Source of the DNA: Chrysomallon squamiferum
Lineage: Eukaryota > Animalia > Mollusca
Assembly: GCA_012295275.1 (NCBI GenBank)
Contig: CM022676.1
Location: 12,772,001 to 12,836,000 of the forward strand
Direction of reading: 5' to 3'
DNA: 64,000 nt
A model generated the notes under the pieces. It had not been told where the DNA came from. It searched no databases and worked only from the letters and a program-made list of their open reading frames with translations. Shown piece by piece: positions 30,757 to 44,321 of the stretch; position 1 is the first letter of the stretch, and the number at the start of each line of letters is the position of its first letter. A program made the translations under genes and the position numbers.

Positions 30757-31196
30757 TTCAGAATAAGCAGACTTTAAGAAATTAGTTTCAATAGTTTTCA
30801 AGATGGCTGAATATCTGTGCCTTTAAATGGTTAGAATTTCTTTCTCATACAATTTCCATTCCTTTGAAGGCCTCATCTTGGCAAATCTTCTAATAGATGA
30901 CAAAATAAAATATAAATCTGCAAAATCTGAGCTTCATCCAAAATTGGTGACCTGCTTTAGAGGTTAATTTACATATTATTATTGATGCTGAATTGATAAG
31001 GGGATACAAAACACACATTATTAATGCTTAACTGTTATTTCAGGGTGATTCTATGGACTGTCTGCCAAGAAAGTAACTGATTAAAGCATATTGTGTGTGT
31101 GTGTGTGTGTGTGTGTGTCTGCCTACCCACTGTAAAATAATATTAATAATAATAACTTCTAGTATACCATTATGAATTAATATGAATGAAACCTAC

Positions 31197-31496
31197 CTGT
31201 GATATCAAGGGTGATGTTAGATGACACATGGTATTCACCACTAGTAGCTGAACAAACCAAACATTTCCCATTATCTTCTATACTATACTTTTTATTGAAA
31301 CTGCTCCTTGTTACAATACCAGAGTCAACAATTGTCTCAGTGGAGCTGGTAATGCCATCTGTTATCTTTGTACCATTTAAAGTCCATGTGATTACAGCTT
31401 CTGGATGGCAAGGGTTAGTTGAACAGGTCATCTGTGTAAGAATCCCTGACTTTACTGGGGTTGATTCACTTGTTATAGAGACTTTCTCCAAAGGAA
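31197..31496 (-). CDS. V-C2-TM receptor gene 2, C2-like Ig exon
   Basis: 300 nt, phase 1-1, about 71% aa identity to the gene 1 exon. Confidence 0.9.
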
Positions 31497-32896
31497 CTTT
31501 AAAATGAAAAATAAAATAATTAATATAGAAATCTTGTGAATTAATATGTACTAATTTTTACCACTGTAAAAGATTTATTTCCAAATGGAAGAAAACACAA
31601 TTTAACATTTTCTTTTCTTTTTCTTTTTTTAATTTCATTTATTTCATTTATTTTAATTATTAGTAAAGTGAAATACCTTAACCTTAATATGAGTAATAGG
31701 GTTGTATAATAAACACCAGTTGCTGAAGTGGCACCTAGGTAAAAATAATTTATTTCAGGTTGTGGTTTTCACGAAATATTAAGTTTATTATTGTAAGATT
31801 CATTTACTTTGTGAAATTTATGTGAAAATCAGTTCTTTGAATATTTAGTAAAGTTTATTATTGAAAGTTTTCATTTATATTGTGAAAATTTACATTCTGA
31901 TTCAAAAGCTTTAATAGTATACAAAACAGAAGATAGATATTTACAATGCACTGTCCTTGAAGGCTGTTGAAGAATATTGTGGCCATTTTAAAATACTGGT
32001 CAGATTTGGATATTTGCAAAAAAAAAAAAGTTGCTTGTACAACTAATCTATTATGTGACCAGGTATGCTGTGACTATCTAATTAAACTTACTGGAAAGAA
32101 TATTGAGAAGAAACTGATGGATGACATCGACACAAGCAACAAAAGTACATTTCAAATTTTAACAGAAAAGTCCTACTCATGTGTACATCTTGTTTCCAAA
32201 TGAAAAGTTAATAAAACTGCAATACCTGCCTATTCTGAGTAAAACAATAAAAATTGAAAAAAATAATAATAAAAAATACAATGGCTCTTTCAAGACAAAC
32301 ATAATTGCTGACTTAAGAAGAGAAAAAAAATATGAACGTTTGACGTCCAAAACTAAAAGTAATCACAGATTTGAATTCCTCACAGAATTACCTTTCCTGC
32401 AACTTTAACAGACTGCTGAGATATTTGGGTCTAAAGACTGATGGTTATGCCCATTTTCACCACAAATATCAAATGTGAATCAGTTGGGGTTACACTCACT
32501 GGCTAAATTGACACTGAATGTCACAGATACAAAATGAATCCTAAAACTGCTACTTGTAATGAGCAATTGCTCATCATTCAAACTCATTAGCTAATTAGTA
32601 ACTATTGTTATTATATATTTTGAAAACAAAATTTTCCATGATATATTGAATTCCATGAAACAAACACCTGAAAGAAAGAAAATATAAAAAATATTCTACA
32701 AAATATTTTCATTCCTTTATTTCAAGTTTAAAAGGTTAAAAATAAAACTCACATTTTCAGTTATTATCTGTGGTTTATATAGGTTATCATTAAAATGTCT
32801 GCTAAAATATAAGAAATAATTTTAAATATTTCAATTTGTTTAGGATGGGATAAAATTGTCTACCTCATACACACAACTATAGTTATCAAAACTTAC

Positions 32897-33205
32897 CAGT
32901 GACATTTACTATTACGATATTACTGTCATCTCCTCCAAATAAAGGCTGACATTTCCATTCTATTCCATTTTCATTGAACTGGATATTACGTATTGTTAAG
33001 TTGTACATAATCCCTTCAGAGCATGTGTAGTCATATTCTGGTGGCAGAGTTCCATTACAACTTGTACCTGCTCCTTGGACTACGAAGATATTAATACCAA
33101 CCCGATTCCAAGCTAATCCAGTTTTATTGCTTCCAGTATTACACGTAAGTACTAATGATGATCCTTTTAGAACTGAGTCTTCAGACTGTGTTATGACATA
33201 CTGAC
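32897..33205 (-). CDS. V-C2-TM receptor gene 2, V-like Ig exon
   Basis: 309 nt, open frame, tttcag acceptor and G|gtaagt donor. GSSLVLTC...LAW...C...YTC...YNLTIRNI...NGIEWKC. Four Cys. Not in the ORF track. Confidence 0.85.
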
Positions 33206-33948
33206 CTGAAATAATGAAGTAAGAGTGTGTGAATATGTGTGCATGTTTAATGTATTAAATGTTTTCTTTATTTTTATTTTTATTTTAGTTTACATTCATA
33301 AATATACTTATTTCTTTAATTTATTTCTTGTCCTTCAACACACACCCCCAAAAAAAAAAAAAAAAAAAAAAAAACAAGTGAGAACAGATACAAATAACAA
33401 CAACAATAATAACAACAATCCAGATGGGCCTGGAGTCTGATAATACTTCTTGTTAAGGGTGACTAACAATACTATACCCTACAAAATTCACCACAAATAT
33501 ACCAATAAAAAATAATAATAATTAATAAAAAAATTAAAGTTAGTTTTCAATTCATTTTCTGTGTATGATTAATGTCACAATATAAGACCTTTAGTATTAA
33601 CAAAATTTCAAAATCTTCAGAGTACTTCTGATATTACATATGATTTTGTGTATCATAATTACCATGCATATATTGATTGTTAAGTCTAAAATCTGCTATA
33701 AGAAATGAGAGCACAATTATGTATGCTTCTTATGATTTTGTTAGTTTCAACATACATGAAAAATGAGATTCTAAAAAATGTGTAAGTAAATAAAAGCTTC
33801 AGCCACTAAACTAAAATTTACAAGTGTTTCAGATTAGAAAAAAGTGTACTGGAAGTAATAATTCTCATTATTTCAAACATATATAGGAACGTGTTGTGAC
33901 TTACAGAGAATCAAAATTAAAAAAAAAATGGAGATGCAATTAACTCAC

Positions 33949-34015
33949 CTAAAGTACTATTGATAAATGCAATGCTTGTAAAAATGAGGATTATTTGAAA
34001 TTTCATAATCTTCAT
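33949..34015 (-). CDS. V-C2-TM receptor gene 2, signal-peptide exon (MKIMKFQIILIFTSIAFINSTLG)
   Basis: ttttacag acceptor, ATG at 34015, G|gtgagt phase-1 donor. Confidence 0.8.
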
Positions 34016-35079
34016 AACCTGTAAAACAGAACAAAAAAAACAACAGTATTTATGGTTAAAAAAAAAATAAAAAATAAAAAATAACTGAACATAATGAACT
34101 GACCTAATTTATTTGTATATAAATAATATTTAGGACCACACACTGGTTGTAGCCTGACTGATTCAGATTTTGATAAAAATTGTTTTATAAGTTCTTTTTA
34201 TCTTTATCAGATCAATACTTTTGGGATGTTATTCTTCAAAAATTACATTTTTTGTCAAAATGGGCATAGCCACCAATCTTTTGAGCAAAAAATCTCAGCA
34301 ACTAAATTTTATCATAATCTGAGCCATTCAGATTGAAGTGGCATCTCGTGCTATTTGGTTCATTATAATTTACACTACATAAATAATAAAATATGAAAAT
34401 CTTTTGACTGATGTGAGATTTTGTTTTCATCAATATTTTAAATTAAAAATACACAATGAAGAAAATCTTTACCACAGATAAACTCTTATTATTTCTACAT
34501 TAAAATGTTGGTCTTGAATTATCTCATTATTTAACTAATTTTATTAAGAAATGAAAACTCATCTCCATAACATTTATTTTTGCACAAGATCAAGAAAAAT
34601 GAAACATTCGGGGAAAATAAACATAGGAGCTTTACTGATATGATTAGAAAACTGTTAACATCTAGTTACTAGAACTATTCATATTTTTTAGATAAATCAA
34701 ACCATTAAAAAATTGTACTAATTTTAGCAAATCCCATTTTTTTTGTTAAATAAAAGTAACCTTTTAATATAAATAGATTTTTTAATAAGCACTATGCAGT
34801 TAAATGTCTACAGTAAAAATGTAACAATTTTAAATAGCACAAAATACTTTTCTTCAGACATGTAACTTGATTTTTCAGACTTAAGCATTATGATACTGAA
34901 TTAGGAGTAACAAGTTCAAAAACATTGGATCCTGCTTTGGCATGTGATCTATGCAGCATGAAAATACTTTGCACATGATCTACAACTTAAAGGGTGATAA
35001 GAAATAATACCCTGAAGAAAAAGTCAGATGGCAAACATATAGAGTTTTGCTCAAGGTTTATCACATTCATTCTGTATTG

Positions 35080-35400
35080 TGTCTGACTACTTAAACGACA
35101 ACAAATATGCTGTTGCTGTTTTCATCAAAGTAATTCTTCAGAACCTATAAACAAATTTTTATGGAGCCAGTCAACACTTCAAGCAAAAATCAAATTTATG
35201 TTTTGCACTAACCTCATGAATTCTAAATTTCAGCAAACTGTCATTTGTTTGCCACTTCACACAATACAGGTGCTGTAGGTGGCATTGGCAGAACAGTTAA
35301 AAGGAAAGTGTTTAGTGCCATGAAGACACTACATAAGAGAATAGACAATACTGAATCATATGCAGAATGTGCTTGGAAGTTTACATCTAGAAAGTTTAAC
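35080..35400 (+). mobile_element. Degenerate DNA-transposon transposase remnant (possibly Sola-type)
   Basis: GASQHFKQK and FATSHNTGAVGGIGRTVKRKV resemble the DG..Q/HFK and ATSHGKG..DG.GG.VKR motifs. Many disruptions. Confidence 0.5.
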
Positions 35401-36748
35401 TGATTATGGCTTTAGTATGGGTGCATGAGTCACTGTTGAACAAACCTTAATTAATTAACAAATCTGACAAGTTAAAGTAGATTTGTTACAAATTTATATG
35501 ACTAGGTATTTGAAAGTACAGCACTTTCCATCATTCCCAGGTTCTTAGAGTCAATGTCTGGTGTCTTTATCACATTGACACGGAAGAACTCCAGCATTAG
35601 TTTTGTATTGATTCACCCAAACAAAAGTACTTTTAAATTATCCTTTTGATTTTTGATTAACACCATCAAAACCTAAATAAAATTCAGATCAGTTATATTT
35701 CTTAATTTCTAGCTTTTGGGAAAAATTATCAAAGTTAACAATAATTATATCCAGACCATAAACAAACTTGTTACTTCATGTTAGGTGACATATTCAAAAT
35801 ACTGCCATATGTCTGTATTTGTATTAAACTTTATTTTATATAATTTAATTAATTAGTTTTAATTTTAATTAATTTGTTATCCTAGAAAATTTCATAATTA
35901 TCTTGCTTTTAAAGTAAGAAATGACAATTTCATTAACATCTATCAGAGCATTTGTTTCAATGAAACCTAAAACAACTGACTGAAAAATGAAAACTTTCTA
36001 GAACATAAAATTCAGATTTTTCAAGTTATCATTTTAGTGGTTTTTCCAAGCACTTTCCAGGCATACTGAGGAAATAATTGTCATTTGTTTGTTTCCTGTG
36101 TAAAATGACCTATTTATGTTATAAATATGTGACCAAAGCTGTCTCTGTGCTGCAGTTGAAGGTGGCACGTTTTAGCTTTCTTTGAAAGGAGTCTATTATT
36201 TGTGTATCTATTTTGTCATTACTGCTACATTTTTCAAAAAACAACAAACATCATGACATAGTATACACATTCAGATTTATCAAAATAATACCAAAATGTG
36301 TGGTTTTCTCAGCTAATGTGGCCATAGCAATTGATGTTGCTGCTGCTGCCTGACTTTTTTCACTTTCTCTCTTTCTTATGACATAATTCATCAATTCTGA
36401 CAACTGTATAGGAAAAAATCCGAACACTATAGTTTTGAAAATTTTGTCAAATAGTACCATACGAAATAAATCTAATCCAAATATTTACAAGGAAACGTCA
36501 GCTAGATTACACATTATACATATTTCTTTCATAATTTTCCCACTGAAAAGATAAGCTCCACTTTCTAACACAATTCCTTCCGATAGTAGATACCTGTTTA
36601 GAACGATTAAAAAGCGGGGAGGGGATTATTCGAAATCTTTCGTATCATTTTACTGCTTTTGTAAACATTATTAACGAACGACATTGTAATGTATGACTTA
36701 CATTATTTTACAAATCATATCCACGTTTAAAATAAACAAATAACTCAC

Positions 36749-36840
36749 CAAATTATCTTCACCGTAAAGCATTTTACTATAATATTCAGTAATCAAGGCT
36801 ACTTTGAGAGCGGATGACGTCATGGACGAGTCTAATTCTT
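36749..36840 (-). promoter_or_regulatory. Candidate non-coding first exon / promoter of gene 2, with a palindromic CRE (TGACGTCA, 36815-36822)
   Basis: G|gtgagt donor at 36749/36748, perfect CRE, locally raised CpG. Confidence 0.35.
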
Positions 36841-37514
36841 TTCGCAGGGAAGGAAACCTATAGTACTCGCAATACGTTTGAATTATTAGAACCAGTCAGT
36901 TCAAAGATATATATAATATCTGTAATGTATACAAAAATTTGTGACGCAGTATTGAACTAAATATACTGTGATGTATATCTGTATTAAGTTACTTTTTAAA
37001 TAAATATTTTAGAATTTCATTTTATTTTTTAACAAACAATATACGTGGCAAAATGTTTTCCGTTTGTTGTTCTAGAAGTATTATTAATTTGCGTTAAATG
37101 TATATCAGTAGTACCTATGTTTATTTTTGCAGAAATCTATCAGCTATGTACAGCGACAACAATACGCCTAGCTTCAGCAAATGTGTTATTTGTGTATGGA
37201 TTGGTAAACAAACTGTTATCACTTCCTTCAGGTCATTTGTGTATTTATTTGTATGCCACTTCAGTATTTTAAATGTTTATAATTATATTCATATGAATTA
37301 ATTAGCTGTAAATGAACGTAGAATTTTATTTTCATGCAATTAACCTGGTACCTTGCACATTTTATACTTATCTTTCTTTTTAAGAAATATATGCGAATTT
37401 TATAAAACAATTATGCCTAAAATTACTGAATTTTGGGGTATCACTTCGTTATTTTTTCGGTTTAACTTCATAAATTTGATATCCTTTATAATATTTTGTG
37501 TATTTATTTATTTA

Positions 37515-37569
<55 letters not shown>

Positions 37570-39274
37570 TTTTGTTTTCGTATACCTAGGTAATGATAAA
37601 ACACCTTTTATGAGTTATTTTCTTTTAATTGCGTTTTATTAACAATAACTTCTTACTAATGTGAATTTTAAAAGACTTACAACAGTGTTTCTCATAGTCC
37701 CAGGTCACAATCCAACCTTTGTAGATCCAAGGTTTCCTCAGTTCATATCCGTTTTGCTTTGTCATCTGGTAATTTGTTCAACATTATACATTTACAGATT
37801 AATGTAATTATTTTATGATTTGAAAGAAAATGTAAAATGTTCTTCACAGTTGAACATAGAAGGATAAGGAATTAAATTTCGTAAATGTTTCATACAGGTC
37901 GGGAAACAATAAAGCAGCACATCGGATTTTTAATATTATTATAGAATAAACCTATATAATGTCATGCTGCGTTTTAATTATATTTTCTGTGATTTTTTTC
38001 AAACTCATTTATTTCAATAATAAGCTCATATTTCATATTAACATTAAATAATAATGTTACTGGAACATACATGCAGGGATAAACATGTATAACAACGTTT
38101 AGTTTATGCTTTTCTTGTTTGTAGGTTGAATGCATGTTTTATACAGTTTCTATTTTACTGTCTAGCAACAACTGATGCCAGTAACATATTTAACACATAT
38201 ATTTCACATTTTAGATAGAGGTTTGTTTTTTGTTTTTAGGGGGGATTTTGGGGGGGGGGAGTGAGAAATTTACATGGTTAATTCAGCTGTATGTATCTAA
38301 GAGTGCTGTACCCGTGAAATTATCATGATTATTGGAACAAAACGAAGCACAATTAATTCAGTTTTAGATAAACTGAAAGCCAAGAAATATTTGTTTAGTA
38401 TCAAGTCTCATGTTTTATTTTATCCGCCCCATTTCAACTCTATATATTTACTTATAAAAGAATTGGCATCTGTGTTTAGAGTATAATATATCTAAGCAGC
38501 CAGGTATTTATACTGGTTACCCATATACAGATAAAGCATATTTATTTTCAGTATAGATAAGCCAATGTTTAAATGTATGTTTTAGAAATTGTTTTAGTCC
38601 TCATTATTATTATTATTATCATCATCATCATTTTCATAACTAAATAGTGAATACACCGTAACTCGGCTTTGTTTTTATTTCTCTAGAAGAATTATTGGTT
38701 CATCTGGATTTCAGTATATATAAAATAGATGTCAGATGGCCTTAAAATCACATTGTTCACTGCTAGTTAACAGATACATTCCAGATATTTGATGTCGAGG
38801 GCCCTGTAACAACAGATATATAACAGAAAAGTAGAATAAAAACAGATACATGTGCCAAACGATATATCCAGCAAGTTAGAGACCGGATGGGCTGCATTCT
38901 GGATACACGCTAAATACTTGAAATGTAAAATAAACAATGGAAAATAAAGAATGAAACTGTATTTCATACAAATAATACTTCTAAAGTAGGGCTTATTTAA
39001 TATTTATTAATTCTCTTGATACTTTTAAAATACTATAACAGTAAAAGTTTTATCGCTGTTATTTATTTTGTATATTTGCGTTTACGCTAATTCTGGGAAA
39101 TTGTTATTGTTTTTATATCAGGTATCTGTGATAAGAAAGTTAACTATGTGTTGTAAACAGCTATACAGGTACAGGACCAATTATCCGGTGTACTGAAATC
39201 CGGAAAGATCAGAAAACCGGAAGTATTTCCCGACGCTATTTTCATAGTTCGCGCGCGCGCGTGTTGTCCTCACC

Positions 39275-39915
39275 AGACCGGAATTACTCAGACGTTCCTG
39301 AACGTGACGTCAGGGGAACAGCTACCACAGGGCGACGTGCTTCTAATCCAGCAGCGTGGAGATGGCTACAGACAGTTTCAGCATGAATTCTAGTGCCTGT
39401 GGTTTGCTGCAAAGTATGAGCCAAACATGGAGCATTTTTGAACCTGTGACATAGATATGACATGACTCAATACCTGTGTTTCCTTGGAGTAGTTAATCGT
39501 GGTCTACCAGAACGAGGTTGATTTAGCATTTGCCCAGTTTAGTGTATGTGTTGTCGGAGTTGCGATGTGGTACTGTCATGAACACGAAAGTACTGAGAGA
39601 CATCGTGTCCATTTTGACCGGCATTAAGCCGTCCTATTGCTTCATGATTTGCCGTTAAGCCTGGACATTATAACAGGATACATTTTTCCTTTTGTTTTTG
39701 GATAATGTTGGTTGAGTGCATACAAATGTGATTTCAGTGCATCTGTATTGCACACACTTCTGTGACGGCATGTGGAGTAGGCATAGCGGTGTGCGATATG
39801 ACAAATGGTGTTCTTTTCATTAACGAAAGCGACAGGGCATTCACAACTAACATATTACCAACTTTTATAACTGTATTTTAATTTATTTGGAAGCAACAGC
39901 ATTTACAAAAACTTG
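39275..39915 (-). mobile_element. Second copy of the Tc1 relic (duplicate of about 5115-5762)
   Basis: Near-identical sequence, extending to cagcatttacaaaaacttgc. Confidence 0.85.
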
Positions 39916-40044
39916 CTAAACTTTTTTGGTTAAGTATGTATATATATATACATATCTATTACGCTGTTACCATTGCTCTATTACAGCGCTGCCATTATAA
40001 TTATTTCATCTGTACTGTGTATATTACTTGTATTTCTTTTGCTG

Positions 40045-40079
40045 GCAGACAGCTAGTAATGCAGAATGTGTATTACCAG
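40045..40079 (+). pseudogene. Inverted orphan copy of the 35-nt cytoplasmic micro-exon 51759-51793
   Basis: GCAGACAGCTAGTAATGCAGAATGTGTATTACCAG|gtaatc. Acceptor AG changed to TG. Flanking intron also similar. Confidence 0.7.
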
Positions 40080-40774
40080 GTAATCCCACAGTTCTGTTTT
40101 CTTTTAACTGAAAAATATAATTATTAAAAATATCAAATAATTGTGAAGGTCAAACTGATTTGATTCAAAAAAAATTCTTGTCTTGTGTTTTTTTTCTTTT
40201 GGCTGAATTTGATTCATGATAAACCTCTGAAATGAAAATGCAATATATTTATATCTTAAATAACTGATTGGTATAGATCTTGTGTGAAAATATACGTTCC
40301 GTTATTATTTTCAGCAGATAAGATAGAAGTATACATTATATAAGTTCATGAAACGAGGATGAAATTATATGTCGTCTTATAGATAATATAGAATAATCAA
40401 ATATCTTTTACAAAAGCGACAAACACTTCAGTAAACTCTTCATTTTCTATCTATGTTATTCTCAATCATTTTAACAGGTGATTCAAATTGTTTCTTTCTT
40501 TTAACTTTTATTTTATTACTAAAAAATAGAGAGGGATTTCAGTTTTATTAGCTTTTCGTTTGCAAACAAGATATAAACATGAATACGACTTTTCTGTTAA
40601 AATTTGAAATGTACTTTCATTGCTTGTGTCGATGTCATCCATCAGTTTCTTCTCAAGATTATTTTCATTAAGTTTAATTAAGTAGTCACAGCATACCTGG
40701 TCACATAATAGATTAGTTGTACAAGCAACTTTTTTTGCAAATATCCAAACTGACCAGTATTTTAAGACATCCAC

Positions 40775-41603
40775 AATATTCTTCAACAGCCCTTCAAGGA
40801 CAGTGCATTATAAATATCTATCTTCTGTTTTCTATAACATTAAAGGTTTTGAACCACTATCCAGATTTTGAATTTTCTTTGTTAATGGTACATGGATATC
40901 AGCATATAATGGTGAAAGATTTTCACACAGTAAATGAAATGTTAGAGCAATAAACCCTGTCTAAATATTTTGTGAAACTCAAAATCTGAAAATAAATATT
41001 TTACCCATGTGTCACTTCATCACCTGTTGTTTTGTTGTACAGCTCTGTTACTAATATTAAGGTTAACAGTGCTTTCCATATTACTTATAAATATAATAAA
41101 GATATAAAATATAAAATAAAATTAAAATCCTTGTTTTCTTCCATTTGGAAGTAAATGTTTTATAATTTAAAAAATTAATAATGATTAATTCCCAGGATTT
41201 CTATATTTATTGTTTCATTTTCATTTTCAAGTTCCTTTGCAAAAGGTTTCTATAACAACTGGATCAACTCCAGGAAACCCAGCAATTCTTACACAACTGA
41301 CCTGTTCAACCAACCATTGCCATCCAGAAGCTGTAATCACATGGACTTTAAATGGTTCAAAGATAACAGACGGCATTATCAGCTCCACTGAGACAATTGC
41401 TGACTCTGGTATTGTACCGAGGAGTAGTTTAAATGAAAAATTTAATACATATGATAATGGGAAAAGTTTGGTTTCTTCAGTTACTAATGGCGACGGTTTA
41501 CTAGTTACATTCTGTTTCTCTCTTATATCAACATTGTTACAGAACATTCAAGTCTAATAATTGTTAATAATAAATTACACATTTGGTGAACACTGTATAT
41601 TGC

Positions 41604-41671
<68 letters not shown>

Positions 41672-42639
41672 GTGCTTTTAAAATAACAAACCCAACATGC
41701 AGACAGCAGAACATTTTAACAACTTTAAGAATGTTTTATATACAAATCATTAACAAATATAACTATTTTAAAGATAAAAAATCCACTTAAAATAATAGAA
41801 GAAAACAGTGAAAGCGTTATTGTCAGGGTTGAAATTCGAAACATTCGGTATATGCATAATTAAGACGTGTACATGGAGCATGGATATTAAAGCATTTCAC
41901 ACATAGTTTCTATAATGTTATGAAATGTACTCGCGCCCAGAATTAATCTCGAACAATAACAGATTTTTTTGTATGTTACAAATCGTTTTACAAAAAACAA
42001 AATCATATAACAACAACAAAAAAACAAAATAGAAAATTTTATTTTTTATCTTTATTTGACCATAAGCTCTGGTTGATAACCGTCTCCAATTTGTTTGCAG
42101 AAATAATAATAATAAATATATAGATAACTAACTAAATAAATAATAACCTTCAACTAAATTCAAACAGAGAAACATTTCAATTAAAATAAATAAAGTAGAA
42201 ATAATACCACAATTGAAATTTGAAACTGTTTAAATATGGAACCAAAAAAAATTACATTAAAGCACTTAACATTTAACAATGAATTTCAATAATTTTATAA
42301 ATATTTAAACACTTTAATAACTGTAAGAATACTAACAACCAACGTCAACACTTTTCTTTTAAAAATGTCTTCTTTTCTGAAATGCTTTCAAATGTACTGA
42401 AAATATACCAGCATTCTAACTGATGACTTACTTCTGACTTGTAATTCTAACAAGTATTTGGTACATGTATACTAATACACTGTTTACTTACAAATGATAA
42501 AAAGAAACACAGTTTTAAATTCTATCCAATTATTCTAAAATTAAATTCTAGAAATATACATATATAATATATTTCATTTAGAAAAACTTAAAAACAAAAC
42601 AATTATATTAATATATATATATAAATATACAAAGTAAGT

Positions 42640-42679
<40 letters not shown>

Positions 42680-43239
42680 TTGAGGATAAAACCAAAGAAA
42701 ACAAACAAGAATATAATTGAGATTGTTGTCAATATTTTATACATCTCATATCTCCGTGTTTATCTATCTCTGAGGAGTCTGTAGATCTACAGCAAACCAG
42801 TGATGACTAAAGTGTTGATAAACCTGAAGAAAGATAAAATAAAGATAAAATGATAAACAAATAATTATTAGACACACGGAAATAGATAAGCACAGACACA
42901 GACATAAAAAGACAACATATGTAGAGGGACATCATTACATACACTGATACAGGCACATCTTTACATGTACATATAGATAATACATATATACATACATACA
43001 CAAGTAATTGAAGACGGTCCGACAGAAAAGTAGATATACAGAATCACAGAAACAAACAGACTGAGCGATACTAGACATAGGTACAGATGATACATGCAGA
43101 TATACTGAGAGTAAAGCTAATAAAAAATTAATAATACAATAAAATAACTAATAAAAAGAAAATAGTTCCAAGATTACTTACATGATCATTACATAAATCA
43201 TTGGAGAAAATCTGGAATCACTTCCGTTTATTTTATCTA

Positions 43240-43270
<31 letters not shown>

Positions 43271-44121
43271 CCTTTAATTACTACCAAATTTTCAGGCAGC
43301 ACAACATACTCATATCTTTCAAGCACGTCTATCTCCAGAAGTGAAAGTCTTGTCCCAGTCAAGCACTTATATTCGTTCTTAATGACCTTCAAATATTCAA
43401 ATGCTGACAACAGTAAAAACCTGTTTCTCAAAAAAATTTGCGGTCCTAGACTATTAATTTAATTGAAATTAGCCTCCGAAAACTCAAAGCAGAGAATAGT
43501 AAGTTGTTCTTTAAGCGGAATAAAATTAACTTGCTATAGGTCATCTGCCTATGTAAGGCGAAGTTCTTCTTTACATAATATATAATTGCATACAGTCTTC
43601 AAAGAACTGCCATAGTGAACCTTTAACTCTAACTCATTAGTGTTTCTTTGTATTTACAAAGAAGTGTATTGTGGGAAACATGTTATTTGCAATTTAAATG
43701 TGATTTAAGAGAACTGTGTGAATTATGCTTGTAAATATGAATACATACATACATTCATATATAGATAGATAGCTAGATAGATATATGCTTATATATACAG
43801 ACATGTACATGTATATTCATTAGAAGAAACTGCTGTAAATATTTGAATTCTCTGAAAGTTAACCTATTTTTATTAATACTTTTCAGTTTTGAATTATAAA
43901 AGGTGGATCTGTGTCTGTACATACATACACACAGTCGAAACTCGTCTAACAGTCAGCTGTTCAAAATCCCACCAAAATTCCCCAAAAGCATTTCCTTCTT
44001 TAAATGAGCTGTTCTGTGCAGTCACTGGTTTATAACCGCCAGCAGCCAATGTTTTTCACTGAAAATAATCAACTGAACCTACTATAATGGTCACCGTTTT
44101 TACATATTTTAATAGCTTTCC
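40775..44121. repeat. Near-identical duplication of 25029-28379, ending at the gap
   Basis: Direct comparison. Confidence 0.95.
41232..41495 (+). pseudogene. Second inverted orphan C2-Ig exon
   Basis: VPLQKVSITTGSTPG...LVSSVTNGD in frame, but with the second Cys lost and the 3' end deleted. Upstream 40500-40800 matches the reverse complement of gene 2 intron 31960-32270. Confidence 0.85.
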
Positions 44122-44321
44122 NNNNNNNNNNNNNNNNNNNNNNNNNNNNNNNNNNNNNNNNNNNNNNNNNNNNNNNNNNNNNNNNNNNNNNNNNNNNNNN
44201 NNNNNNNNNNNNNNNNNNNNNNNNNNNNNNNNNNNNNNNNNNNNNNNNNNNNNNNNNNNNNNNNNNNNNNNNNNNNNNNNNNNNNNNNNNNNNNNNNNNN
44301 NNNNNNNNNNNNNNNNNNNNN
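44122..44321. other. Assembly gap (200 N)
   Basis: Round-number N run, so probably a scaffolding placeholder of unknown true size. Confidence 0.97.

Noticed and set aside
38125-38180. Possible plus-strand leader-like exon (LNACFIQFLFYCLATTDA)
   Set aside because: No in-frame Met, weak donor, and no downstream V exon found.
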